The position numbers and the translations under genes are program-made. The notes beneath the pieces are model-generated. The model was not told where the DNA came from and searched no databases. It was given only the letters and a program-made list of their open reading frames with translations. From Bugula neritina (lineage: Eukaryota > Animalia > Bryozoa): a stretch of DNA of 64,000 nucleotides. The stretch spans positions 16,089,292-16,153,291 of the forward strand of contig OZ037767.1 in the NCBI GenBank assembly GCA_964035545.1. The letters run 5' to 3'. Positions 1-11,970 of the stretch are shown here, one piece after another. Positions within the stretch are counted from its first letter, which is position 1. Every line of letters starts with the position of its first letter.

Positions 1-1092
1 CCATTTTTATATTTTGGTATAATTCTCAGACTCCATCAGCAGTTGAAAAAAAATCTTTTAAGTATTTTGCCATCAGTCTTTAATAATAAAGGCGTAAACT
101 TTTCAGCTAAACAAATTAGTTTATAGTTAATTTTACAAGCCAGGAGATAAAAGGTTCAGCATTATCCTATATAGTATATACCATAATTATTATGTAATAA
201 GATCCACTTTCAAAGAACTGACACCAAGGGAAAAGCCATGTAATTACTGGTCACTCTGAGAAGATTAAAGATTGAAAAACGCAGAAAGCCAAGAATTAAA
301 GCCTGTAATAAGGTAATAGCTAAAATCTAGAGATATAATGATTACTATTTTAAGTAAAATAACCTATATAACATAATTATTATGTGTAATAAGATCTGCA
401 TTGAAAAGACTGAAACCTTTGAAAAGGTTCTGTATATAATTACTGACCAATCTCGAAGGATTGAGAAATTGAGAAATGCTCAGGGTCAGCATTTGTCCTC
501 TACCAAGATAATTATTATGTAATAAGATCTAATTTTATAAGACTCACTACTAAAGAAAAGCTGTATACTGACCAATCAGAAAGGATTAGAATTAAAAATC
601 TCAGAAAGTCAAGAATCGAAGTCTGTGATTATAAAGTTACATAACGTACTGGCACTAGCTGGTAATTACAGTCAGTTTCGGTAAGTGCTGTAAATTTGGG
701 CTGAACCTATGGAATCTCTCCTTGCTATGAAATCCCTCCTGAGTTGTTTGTACATACAACTTTGATGTGTGATTTGTTTTTATTTATAAGGTTTGTCTTG
801 AACATCAAAGAATTGTAGCCCAAACAGCTACATGGAAGCGGTTGATTCTAGCTCTATTTCCGTGAATACAGATGTGCAACTGCACCTGATACTTGTTAAA
901 CAGCTCTACCAGTATTAATATCAAACTCGATTTTGTTTTAACCAATAGATAAAACAGTAAATGAAACGTACAGGATGTGTGTTTTGACTAGTTATACTCT
1001 AAAATTGCAGCGAATTAAACTTTTCATTGATTTGCAAGTATCTCCTATCACTTGATAAATCTATTAAACTTGTTTTAAAATATTTCAAAGTT
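1..1092. repeat. Segmental duplication block L, copy 1 (runs off the window's left edge)
   Basis: Colinear, roughly 90% identical by eye to ~20914-21980. Homology ends sharply after 'ttgttttaaaatattt.aaagtt' (1092/21980). Confidence 0.9.
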
Positions 1093-2689
1093 TGATTTTA
1101 TTATGTATTAACAGCGTGGATACGACTTGTTCAAATCGAGCTTCTCGAATCCAGCCTCTGTTCTTTACCACAACTCATCGCCTTTACATCGGCCTCAACA
1201 CCAGGCTCCACAACCCTCACTAACTTCTAGTCTGTTAACTCCACCACTGAGTGAACGTAGCAGCCACTGAACTGAAACTTATAGTTCAATGGTAGCAGCA
1301 GCAGTGTAGGTGAGTTATAGGGTAGACAACTCTAGTTCTTATTTGACAACATTTGAAAATAATTGATGACTCCTATAATAAAATGATTAGCATAACATTA
1401 TATATAGTTGAAAATAGTTTTTAACAACCAGGTTTTAAATTTTGAGCTTTTAGGTATAAATAATGAAGAAAGCAATCAAATAAATAGACTAAATTATTTG
1501 AATTTATAGAAGTTACTCTCTCTTTACTGGGAAAATCTTTTGGTAGAACTACAAGCTATGCTAGATGCATATTTAATACTATTACATATATCTATTTAGC
1601 CCTGAGTATAGAAAACTTTTGGACTGCTTCTGAATTTTTGTAGGCACGATAAAATATAGGCTGTTAGTACTTGTTTTTTATGATTGCAGCTATATATATT
1701 ATTTTTGATTACAGAGTCCTCGAATGAAGGAGTTTCTTCCCCTACATCAACCAAATCGGCCATCTTGGATTTGAGAAAATCTACTGCTAAAGAAACATCA
1801 TTAAAACGAAAAACACCAAACAAAGGTAATCCTAAACTTGAATGTCTATTTTGTTAGGTTTGCTGAGTATATGCAGCGTCATAAATAATATTATTTTGAT
1901 CTAGTATCTGCAAGGTATAGTTGTTGTTTTATTTTAAATGTCTAGTCAAAATTGTGCTTTCAACATCTTTACATAACACACGTTACATTCGTAAGCATAT
2001 TTAAGCATATGTAAGCATGAATACAAGCATATATAAGCAAGTATGTGTAAACATGCTTAAACATCCTTAAACATGCATAAGTGTGCGTAAGCACATGTAT
2101 GCACGTTTCAGCATGATTAAGTAAAGACATCATAATTTCAGAAGTTGCTAATCCATCAAAGAAAAAGCGAGAAAACTCGAAGCAGAACTTGAAGCAAACT
2201 CGCAAGCTGAGCGTTACTGAGCAGTCACCTATATCTGGCATTCTGATTCGAAGAGTCACCAAGTCCCATAATTCTACACCAGATGTCAAATGTAGCTCAG
2301 AACTCTGTGGGGATATTGACTCGATGTAAGTGTTGCTAATTATTTGTTTTTATTTTTTCTTTCAGAAAAAACTGTTGGAAATTCAAATTTTCCACTGATC
2401 AAAAAAGAATTATTGCTTATACAAAAGTTATCGATTTCAACTTTTCTGTACTACATTTTGACTTTCAATGTAATTTCTTTCAAGAATTAGATTGGATGCT
2501 TGCTATTATTATATTATTGAACTATTTTTGGAAAAAATAATATTTAATTGCAAAAAATAATAAAATATTTGTTAGGGTTTTGTCTATTATAGGTTATCTA
2601 CAGACATGATAATATAAATAAATGAGTAGACTACAGCAAATCAATCTACCTTTGCCGGCTAAAGTTTTGTAAGCCATACCTGCATTGGG

Positions 2690-2930
2690 CTGTTATTTTA
2701 CCTGCATGCAGGTACCATGTAGTGGTTATCATTTCACCTGCTGCATATGGCTTAATGTTGGGCTATTTTTTACCAGCAGGTATAACAATGTTGGGCTATT
2801 ACTTTACCTGCAAGTATAACAATGTTGGGCTATTACTTTACCTGCAAGTATAACAATGTTTAAGCTACCTATTATTTTACCTGCAGGTATAACAATGTCA
2901 TAGACTATTATTCTACCTGCAGGTACAATG
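2690..2930 (+). repeat. ~40-bp tandem repeat of the splice-acceptor/exon junction inside an INSM intron
   Basis: About 5-6 diverged units of 'ttacctgca(g/a)gtataacaatgttgggctatt'. The last unit is the acceptor used in the model (ctacctgcag|gtacaatg). Confidence 0.75.
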
Positions 2931-3134
2931 TGGTGGACAAATCGGAAGAATCCAAGAGGAAGCTGATGAGCATCAAGAACGTAATTGGAGACTATATCTG
3001 TAGACTGTGTGACACCAAGTATGCAAGTGTGTACGACCTGGCTGAACACAGATGTCCGAGCATCATCTACATAGAGTACAAGTGTCCTGAGTGCTCAAAA
3101 GGTTAGAGATCATGTAATGTTAAGTTCACCCACT

Positions 3135-3210
3135 AGCAGTTGTAGTGCAAAGGTTAGGGCACTTGCTTGCAAGCTGGCGGTCTGCGGTTCAAATCCTAGT
3201 GGGGGCAAGA
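3135..3210 (+). mobile_element. tRNA-derived SINE head (Pol III A and B boxes)
   Basis: A-box-like TAGTGCAAAGG (~3143), B-box GGTTCAAATCC (~3186), anticodon-like hairpin gcttgcaagc. No clean acceptor stem, so not called a tRNA. Confidence 0.5.
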
Positions 3211-6200
3211 AGTTTAATAGGTAAAAGTCTGATTAAACTAAAATGAACAAATTTTCCCATGTAACAAATAAACTTTTATATACTTTTTGTTCAATATTCA
3301 ACTGAATTAAATAACGTAACACAGCTATAGACCTGGGTAAATGACATGTAAAATGCAGTAAATAACAATAATTGGTAACAGGCAGCAAAAATGCTTATGC
3401 TGCTGCCAATGTTTAAAAACTGTTTAACTTTTAGAAGTATAACTATAGCTAGTCATACCATGTTATGATATTAATTTAAATAAATATTTTTTTCTCTCAA
3501 ATTACCAGTAAACTATAAAAATAAGAATAGATAAATTTATAAAATACAAATTATTGAAAAAGCATATTAAAAACTTATTTACTAAAGCTTTTGGCAACCA
3601 AAACTTTAGTAAGTTAATACATATACTATATAGAGTTTTACTTTGTGGTAAATAGAGAAATTCAATTTATGTCTTTTATATGGTAATACATTTATATTAT
3701 TTATATTATATTACAAATTATTATATAATCAATATCTTTGTATCATGTTATTTGAATGTTTTATCTGTTGACTTTAATCTTTCAGTGTTCAACTGCCCAG
3801 CAAACTTGGCATCCCACAGGCGTTGGCACAAACCTAAACCTGCAGCAGACTCTCAACCCAACACTTCAAAACACAGAGAGAAAACAACTACCAAACAAAT
3901 AGTTATTGCAGCTCCGCAGCGAATACCAAACCCTGGAAGGATAACTTCTCATGATGACTAAGTTAAAATCATGTGTAAAATTCTTGTGAGACTTCCTTTG
4001 CTGAATTCTTTCGTTCATAGTAAAATATTTTAAAGAACAAACCCCCACTCCACCCACTTTCTTACTTTGTGGTTACTTATTTATATTATTTATTAGAGAC
4101 CTTTATAGCCAAAGGCTTTGTGCAATCCTATAAATATAAACATTGTTTTAGATTTTAGTGTTTTTATAGTATAAATTATATTATATATTGTTTCCTTTTC
4201 ATGGTTTAATTTAAGTTATTTATGATGTTGTCCACCATTTGAATTCCGTCCAATAAAGCTCTAACTGTCAAGTACATGTGAATACGCAATATGCTTCAAA
4301 TGGAGTGGAACAAAAGTGAAAGATAAAATCTCTACAGTATATATAGTTACATAATTCTACATCTCCAGTACTAAAGCACTTATAAGACTGGGATGTAGCT
4401 AACTCAAACAAAAAATAGCTATTTCTGTATGTTTCAGGAACTAAAGTATTAGAATTATCTTTCCAGAAAACTATAAGCCTAAAGTCTTTACTTTATAAAT
4501 ATGAATTTTTGGAAATTGAAAGATTATTTTTACTAAACTTTGTTTATCGTAAGCTTCTGCTTTTACATATTTTAAGTATTTGGAATCACTTTCGAATTTT
4601 AAAATTCTTACAATATTAAAAGAATAAAAGTTTTTAATCTTCACTGTATATATGAGTATAGAGGCAGTTTGCTTATTAATGTTTAAAACACTGTCATAGT
4701 ATTTCTTTCTTGTAGTTTTAAAATTTTCTACAGTTGCATTAAAAGTTACAAATTTTAATTATAAGGATAATATAAAAGCAGCATTTCCCTTTGCTTACAA
4801 AGCTTTACAACTATAGCTAACACTTGCATGCAGTGGAATCATTTTAGAGATCAAAAGCCTGAGATAGAATTTGCTGTTCATTTGCAGAAATTGAATTCAT
4901 TTTTCTGTTTAATGTACCATCTGAACATATTTGCTGAAAAAAACTATGAGTTGGAAAAAAAATTGAACCATTTGCTTACTTGAAATTTTGAAAACTACAT
5001 AATATAATATAAATATATAATATATATATTTTCTTGAGGAACTGTTTTCACCTGGTTAGCCTTGTTGCTAGCAAGGAATAATTTTAACACTCTACAATAT
5101 CTTTTAATTTGAAATTGTAACTGATTAACAGTTTTGGTTTACTGTTGATTATAAGATTTTATGGCAGCTCAGATTCAAACAGCTTACATGCACTATTTTA
5201 TTACCTTTTTTTCTAAAAAAAACTCTGTTTGTAAAAAAAATATAACTTATACAAATTTAAAAAAATTATGTTTTAATGGCTTTTACTAGAATTAAAATTA
5301 AAACAATATTTTTTTGGATTGAAGTATTAAAATTTGTTCAACTAAAATAAAAGGAAAATTTATGAAATTTTGTATTAAGCATTTGACTGGTTTTGTTGTA
5401 GAGTTACAGTAAAATTCTGGAGAGAATTCAGAAAAGCCACAGAAATTTCTTCCTTAACATCAAATATTAAAATTCTCAAAAATAAAGTTAGTATAGGAGA
5501 ACCTAAAGAAGTGCCACCTTTTAGTACATCTGTGACAAGAAAGTGGGTTTGGGGTCTTCCTCCACAATAAAGTGTATTAGCTACAGGCAAAGTGATGTTT
5601 ATAACAATATAAGTGTTTTACAAAAAGCATTACTGCAACTGATGTGCTCCTCTCAACTAATACTATGATTGAACAGCCCAGGTCATCTAGAGGTCAAAGA
5701 GTAGCCTCAACTCATAGTGTTCAGACTGTAAACAGCACAACTCACTAAGTGTCCATCTCTGCACAGAGCTGTGAGCTGAGTTTCTCCTGCACTGAGGTCA
5801 GGTGCTGGACAGCCTTAAGTGATGCTATACTATGCTAACAAAATTCAATTCATATTTCTGTATTTTTATGTGTGAAATTATCATATGAATGTGTGATAGT
5901 TGAATTATATACAGAGATTCAAAGTGTGCATTTTTTCTAAACATCTAACTGCCAAGCTTTATATGCTTTCAAGTTGAAATGTTTTTCAAGTTTGCAAGTT
6001 ATTTTTGATACTTCAATATATCTTAGCTATTTTCTCTACATTTAAACTTGAAATTATAACTCGTGCCAAAATAAAACAGCTCACAACATTTAGTGCAAAG
6101 TGATTTTAATTACAAATTGTTAAAAGCATTTATATATTCTTTTGCTTAAATAGTTAGAATTCTCTTACTCTAGCCGCAGTTTAAATAGTTCAAACACTTT

Positions 6201-7505
6201 CGCCGCCTACTTTCTTTCAGGAAAAAATTTTCCATTATTTCAGCATCAGCTTTCACTAATATATAATTCGTGAAATTTTCAGCTAAACAAATTAGTCTAG
6301 TTAATCTTGCAAGCCAAAAAAAGAAGATTTAGCAGTTATTCTGTACCGTTATAATTACGTAATAAGATCCACTTTTAAAAGACTCACACCTTTAAAAAGC
6401 TGTATAATTACTGACCAATCAGAGAGGATTAAAATTTGAGAAACTCGGATAGCTAAAAATCAAAAGCTGTAATGGAAGAATTACATAATAGAGTAGCTGT
6501 CATCAGCTGGTAATTACAGTCAGTTGTGGGTAATTATTGTATTTGCATGTGAGCTGTATATCCAATGGAATCAGTCAAACTTATACTAAATTTGATCCAG
6601 TAAATTTGTTTTTAAAGTTCAGGTCGTTTTTAACATCAAAGAATAATGCACCAACTATTCTTAATTATAGAAAATGAATTCCTGCAAGACTTTATTCTCT
6701 CAACCATCATTTTTAGCTTTGATTTGTCAGGTTTAATACTTAGAAATGTCATTGTAAAAGTTTTACACCTATTTTCAAACTTCCAAGTTTTATTTGAGAG
6801 AAAATATGGTTATAGAATACTATTAATAAAAATATGTTATACACACCATAAAACATACATTATACATAGTTGAACTGCTCAAAGCATACTTCAATTGAAA
6901 AACAATTTGTTTTTCAATAATATAACATATACTATATACATATAAAGCATGGATTTTATGACGTCATCATTTTAGTCTTCTTGCATATTGTGGCTTATCA
7001 TATATAACTATGAAACTTGAGCTGTTATAAACATTTTTGTTTGCTGCAAGAAGCATCAAATAAATCAAAGGATTTTCATGTTAATTATTTACACTACTTT
7101 ACTTCCTTTTTACCTTTTTTTAAGTAGAAATGGCAACACTTTTCATCGATAGGATGTTTTATTTTACTCTAAATAGTTACTTTACTATAAATGGCAGTGG
7201 GAGACAAAATTAACCAACCAGAGTTATTATATAAATCACTAAAATATAATTCATTATGGTTTCAGTTGGAATCTTGAACTTTTTCTCTAAAATGATTGGA
7301 TAAGACTATTTGCATATTTAAAGGTTCATCATCACCACTTGGAGTTTGGTTTTATAAAATATTATAAGAAGTTGGCCTAAGTTTATATATTAACCAATCA
7401 CGTGCATACGTTACTGCATTTGCTCAACCTAGTTCCTTCTGAGGTATAGGGCTCTTCCCAGGAGGTAGGGTTTTTCCCAGAGTAGTTGACCTAGTTTTAC
7501 GTTGA

Positions 7506-7571
7506 CCAATCAAATTCGAATACATTCGATTGTGACTATAAATACAGCAGTGTGTTCTGTTAAGGTTCAGT
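7506..7571 (+). promoter_or_regulatory. Core promoter of microprotein gene A: CCAAT - TATA - Inr
   Basis: CCAAT 7506, TATAAATA 7537, TCAGT initiator 7567 (about 30 bp after TATA). All three are retained in the duplicate (37482, 37513, 37543). Confidence 0.7.
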
Positions 7572-7620
7572 CTACAACTTATCTGTTTAATACATCTGAA
7601 TCTGAACTCTATTCTCCACA

Positions 7621-8580
7621 ATGAGCAGCAACAGCACATTTGGTGAGTGACTATGCATACAATACTTGTATTTTTATTCTTTAATAGGCAACATTAAAGA
7701 GAATATTCCATCTTGAAATTTTGGAACTAAATTATATCTGAGAGTAATTAAAAACATTCCCATCATTATATAGCTAAAAAACCTGTTTTAATGTTTTTCT
7801 ATTTTTAAAATGTAACTTAATAAATTTCATGTAACTTTAGTTTAGCTTGCAGAGCCTTAAAAACTTATTCTAATCTGATTCTAATCTATAACAAACTAGT
7901 AATACTGCAAACTGTTAATGTAATATTACAGCTAACTCTTTCAGTACAAGGTATTAAATTAAAAAATACTTGCTTATAATACTAAATTGCAGTGCAATAC
8001 AATAGTGTAATACATAGTTGAGTACAGAATGTGATGTATAAAATTGCATAACACTATATTTTAATTTCAGACATTAAAAAACTCCCTCCAAAGAAGAGGT
8101 ACACATTAATATGGAGGAATTTTAACATTCCTCCACCTGCACACATAGCAAGACAATATGCTGAGATAATCCAACCAGAACCATACTATGATTATAATGA
8201 GTAAGTACTGCTTTACTGCTGAGTCTTTCTGTTGTAACCAAAATTCTTAGTCAAACTGCTCTCTGATTACCAAATAAACTTTCTCCATATAATTATTTAT
8301 AGTCTAGGTCTGTCAGGTTTGTGTTTGCAAAGTTTAAATTAACAATAAAGGCATATATTTAGATATAGAAGTATTCCATGCATTCAGTAGTTCTATTAGA
8401 TGATGGTGCAATTCTAAACTTTGACTGACAGAAGAGAAACTGTTATTAGTCTTCATAATAATATCTGAATAACTATTATTTTATTATACTTTTAGAAAGA
8501 TGACAAGTTACCTCCAAGATGGCGGACTACATACATATTATGTAATAAACTCTGATACTCAGGTGAAAAGGGGGAGCTGA
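7621..8580 (+). CDS. Unknown 78-aa microprotein, 3 exons (7621-7642, 8071-8200, 8496-8580), copy A
   Basis: Strong donors (GTGAGT, GTAAGT) and acceptors (ttcag, tttag) join in phase: MSSNSTFDIKKLPPKKRYTLIWRNFNIPPPAHIARQYAEIIQPEPYYDYNEKMTSYLQDGGLHTYYVINSDTQVKRGS*. AATAAA at 8785. Frame conserved in copy B. Confidence 0.75.
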
Positions 8581-10034
8581 ATCTGTCACATGCTGAGGAA
8601 TTGAATTAGTCAGTTTTCTGTATTTTATTAACTGATCTAAACAAGTTTCTTCAAGTGTAAAGTTAGCTGAAATGTCAAACCATTATGTCAACATGATATT
8701 TCTATTTATATAACTATATAATTATATGATATTGTATATAAATATATAATGTACTATATTTTACTTGATTGTATTATTTGAACTAATAAAACTATTTTAT
8801 TATCTTGTATATACCAGGCGGGCTGAAGTATGAATGTGATTTGAATATATGTGCTTACAAATATATTTTATTGCATCTAATAATAGATTGTAAATTTTAT
8901 TGCCTGCCAAACAAGCAACTTACAGAAAATTTGAGTGAAAAAATCAAAGCTAAAAGTCTATTTCTGTAGTAGATTACATAACATTTTAAAGACTGCTGCT
9001 TTAACCATATGTAGTAACTGCTTTGAATTCAGCAGCCATCAGTCTGTATATCTGGTGTTAGCGAGGAATATTTTTAATTTGCATGTATTATTATTTTAAC
9101 ACACCCAGCTAAGACTTTCTCTACATTTAAACATGAAATCATAATTGCAGAATCAACACATGCCAATAGTGATATTCAGTATTTTAAATTTTGCTCGCTT
9201 AAATAATTATAACGCAATTCTTAGGCCAGTAAATTTTTACTGGCTTTATTCAGCTTTAACAGTACAAAAACCATATTTTGTCACTTATGCTGCCTATTTC
9301 TCCCCTAATGAACAAAGTGTTTGATTATTTTGGCGAGGGCATGTTTCTTCAATGTTAAAGGTCTTTCAGGTAAAAGAAATTTAAGAGTTCAATAGTTTAG
9401 TTTATTTACAGGCCAATGAATGAAAGTTTCGTAATTACGTATCATAATTATTATGTAATAAAATCTACTCTCAAGAGACTCACATCTTTGAAAAGCTGTA
9501 TGATTGCTGGCCAATCTGTGAGGATTAAAAATTGAGAAACTCATAAAGCTAAAAATTAAAGCCTGTAAATATAAATTTACATAATAGAGTAGCTGGTATT
9601 AGCTGGTAATTACAGTCAGCTTGGTAAGTGCTGTGCATCTGAGCTAAGTCTATGGAATCTACTCTACTTATACTAAATTTGGTCCCATAAACAAGTTTTC
9701 AGAGTTTAGGTTGTCTTCAACACAAAGAATAATTCACTAACCAATCTTAAGCAGTATGATGGCTGCAGCAAAGTCATCAGCTGAAGCCATCATATTAATA
9801 ATTTAATTTATTGCTCCTTGCTTTATACATGCATAATGTAATTATTATATAATCTTACATTTAATCAAATATAACAAAAAAATGTAGACTTGTATTGTAT
9901 ATTATGTCTATGATATATGTAAATTGCGTCTTTAGAAAGGGGGAATTTGATAGTAAACATCTATGGAAGGGGAGATGATGGTATGACAAAGGTTTGGAAT
10001 CGTTTAAGTTCTTATGGAATGAGCTGCACTTTAG

Positions 10035-10265
10035 CGTAGGCAACTTATAACTATTGTTTACATCTCGTAACTAAGTAGCTAGCCGCCACAATTAGCGATC
10101 CCTGACTCCGGCGCCCAAGGTTTTATTTGATTTAGTCAATGGACGTTTCCGTAGTTACCAGGTTACCAAGTGTCCGGCCAGTTTACAGACCGATACTATA
10201 ATAATAGAAATAAAAATATACTCTCGTGTAGTTTGAGTAATATCATTATTTCTCAAATTAATGTG
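10035..10265 (+). promoter_or_regulatory. Probable promoter and non-coding first exon of TRIM copy A
   Basis: CpG-retaining patch conserved at 48530-48632 and 50805-50905 upstream of TRIM copy B. Ends in a donor-like 'g|gtacttt'. The first coding exon has an acceptor (tttacag, 11947) upstream of the ATG. Confidence 0.45.
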
Positions 10266-10864
10266 GTACTTTATCATGTTTACTGTCTATTTATATTATA
10301 TTTATACTTACTCTTAATCTTACTCTAACAATAACAGTAACGACTAACTCTTACTCTTAGTGAATTACTATCACTCTGTAACACACTAATACTAATAGTA
10401 ATACTAATAGTAATACTAATAGTAATAATATTTGCTATTTAGTATTTAAGCGTGCCATTCTCTAAATTAAAATCATTATAATATTATTAAAAATTAAATA
10501 GTTGGTAATCTTTAACTTCAAATGTATAACAATAAATTATTGTTATAAACTCAAAGTTGAAGATTACCATATTAATCAAATGATATAAATTATTGAATAT
10601 TCTATTATATTTATTATTATATTACTTATTCAAAAAGTTATTGTTACAATAAACTTAATGATTTTAATTGACTTCAAGTTTAGGGTCAAGTTTTAATAAT
10701 GGAAAATTGATCTACTACTAGTACAAATTTTTAGATTCATGTTACACTTACTCAATTTGAATATCAGAATATCTTACCCATGGTACTAGTCAGTTAATAA
10801 GCACAATGAATAGTAATCACTGCATGCAATTACTATTTACAATCTTTCACCTTGCAAAGTCTTC

Positions 10865-11710
10865 TTACTATATTATCATGATGTATTCAATCACTGTCTG
10901 GTTTAATCCGCTTTTGTATGTATAGATCTTCTCATCAGTTTTGGTAAGGAAAGTATTAGCTAGCGCCAAATCACTACTTCTTGCATACTCTAGTATTTTC
11001 TCTCCATCATCATTCCTGACTTACCTTTATGCCATCTCTCAAAGCCCTCCAGTTAAACTGTTCAGTCATGTCCATTCCGGTCTCCTGCAAATATCAGTTG
11101 TTCTGATGCCGGGGTGAGTGTAATGGTTCCTTCCAGTTGGTTCCAGAATCGCTGCTCTTCCTGCTCTTTGCAACCCTGTCATGCAGGGCGCATATACGGT
11201 CACTATTTTGTATGTCTTCTCAGGTGTTATTAATTTCATTGCCATTATTCTTTCAGATGCTCTCTTAGTTGCTATTACTTTGTCTTGCCACTCCTCACTA
11301 AGGCATATTGCAACTCCATTTCTCGGTCTTCTACCTCCACTATAGTATAGTTTATAAACATCTCCGATGTTTCTTGTTTTTCCTCCCTCTTGTCCTTCCT
11401 CCATCGCGTGTCCTCCATGCATACTATGTGTATTTTTCTTTTATTCATCTTGTCTGTTACCTCTCTACTCTTTCTTGTTAGGGTGCCTATATTAAGGAAT
11501 GTCAACCTCAACTTTATTTGCCTCGCTTGTTTTCTTCTCACAGCGTCAATGCATAAGTGCCATTGCGCATCGCTTCCGGGGTATGCCCTATAGTGTTAGC
11601 TGTCTATATTCTGATTGCCTCTGGCATAATTGTTTGTGGGGCATGTTTCATTAAGGACTAGATGCTCTTCCTGATGTCCACCCTCTGTGTTCACCTGGGC
11701 TCGGGACCGG
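10865..11710 (-). mobile_element. RTE-clade LINE fragment (5' end and AP-endonuclease domain, frameshifted, no RT)
   Basis: Frames give LTFLNIGTLTRKSREV...IHIVCMEDTRW, YKLYYSGG..RNGVAI..SERIMAMKL..IVTVYAP and NDDGEKILEYA..DLALANTF..YTYKSG, typical RTE/BovB-type endonuclease motifs. Confidence 0.85.
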
Positions 11711-11970
11711 CTGTTTGCTCCTCTGGTTTGCTGAGCATTCAGGAAACATTCTGACTATCATGTATACCAGTGTTATTACCTGCCTTTGTTTAACATAATT
11801 TTTCATGTCTTTATATGTATAGTTGGTTATTGATGGTCTGGTTAAGACCTAGAACTTAATAGGTCAGTCTTTGGTTGGGAAAGTGAAGGACAAACCTTCA
11901 CAGATGTAGGTTAAATATTATGCTAAGAGTACGTGTATCTTTTACAGGACTTCCTTATCATATAACCAAG

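Larger units (their letters stand above)
1115..3961 (+). pseudogene. INSM1: INSM/IA-1/Nerfin/EGL-46 family C2H2 zinc-finger transcription factor, 5'-truncated and probably disabled copy
   Basis: Phase-compatible GT-AG exons 1715-1825, 2142-2325, 2923-3101 and 3786-3961 give ...RKLSVTEQSPISGILIR...GDIDSMYNVV...IKNVIGDYICRLCDTKYASVYDLAEHRCPSIIYIEYKCPECSKVFNCPANLASHRRWHKPK, the INSM/Nerfin signature. Candidate upstream exon 1115-1309 has an in-frame TGA (1268-1270). No SNAG/start exon was found. Confidence 0.8.
5613..9997. repeat. Segmental duplication block R, copy 1
   Basis: Colinear with 35559-40200, from 'gtgttttacaa.aagcattactgcaact' to 'gtatgacaaagg.ttgg'. Roughly 85-90% identity by eye. 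Confidence 0.9.

Noticed and set aside
3135-3210. Functional tRNA gene
   Set aside because: A and B boxes are present but no convincing acceptor stem, so treated as a SINE head.
1093-5612. Helitron or TIR termini at the cargo-slot junctions
   Set aside because: No TC...CTRR with hairpin, inverted termini or target duplication seen at 1092/5613 or 21980/35559, so no element class is assigned.
7424-7639. Minus-strand ORF over the microprotein promoter (and 37409-37759)
   Set aside because: Start, stop and N-terminal frame are not conserved between the duplicates. The plus-strand spliced model explains the conservation better.
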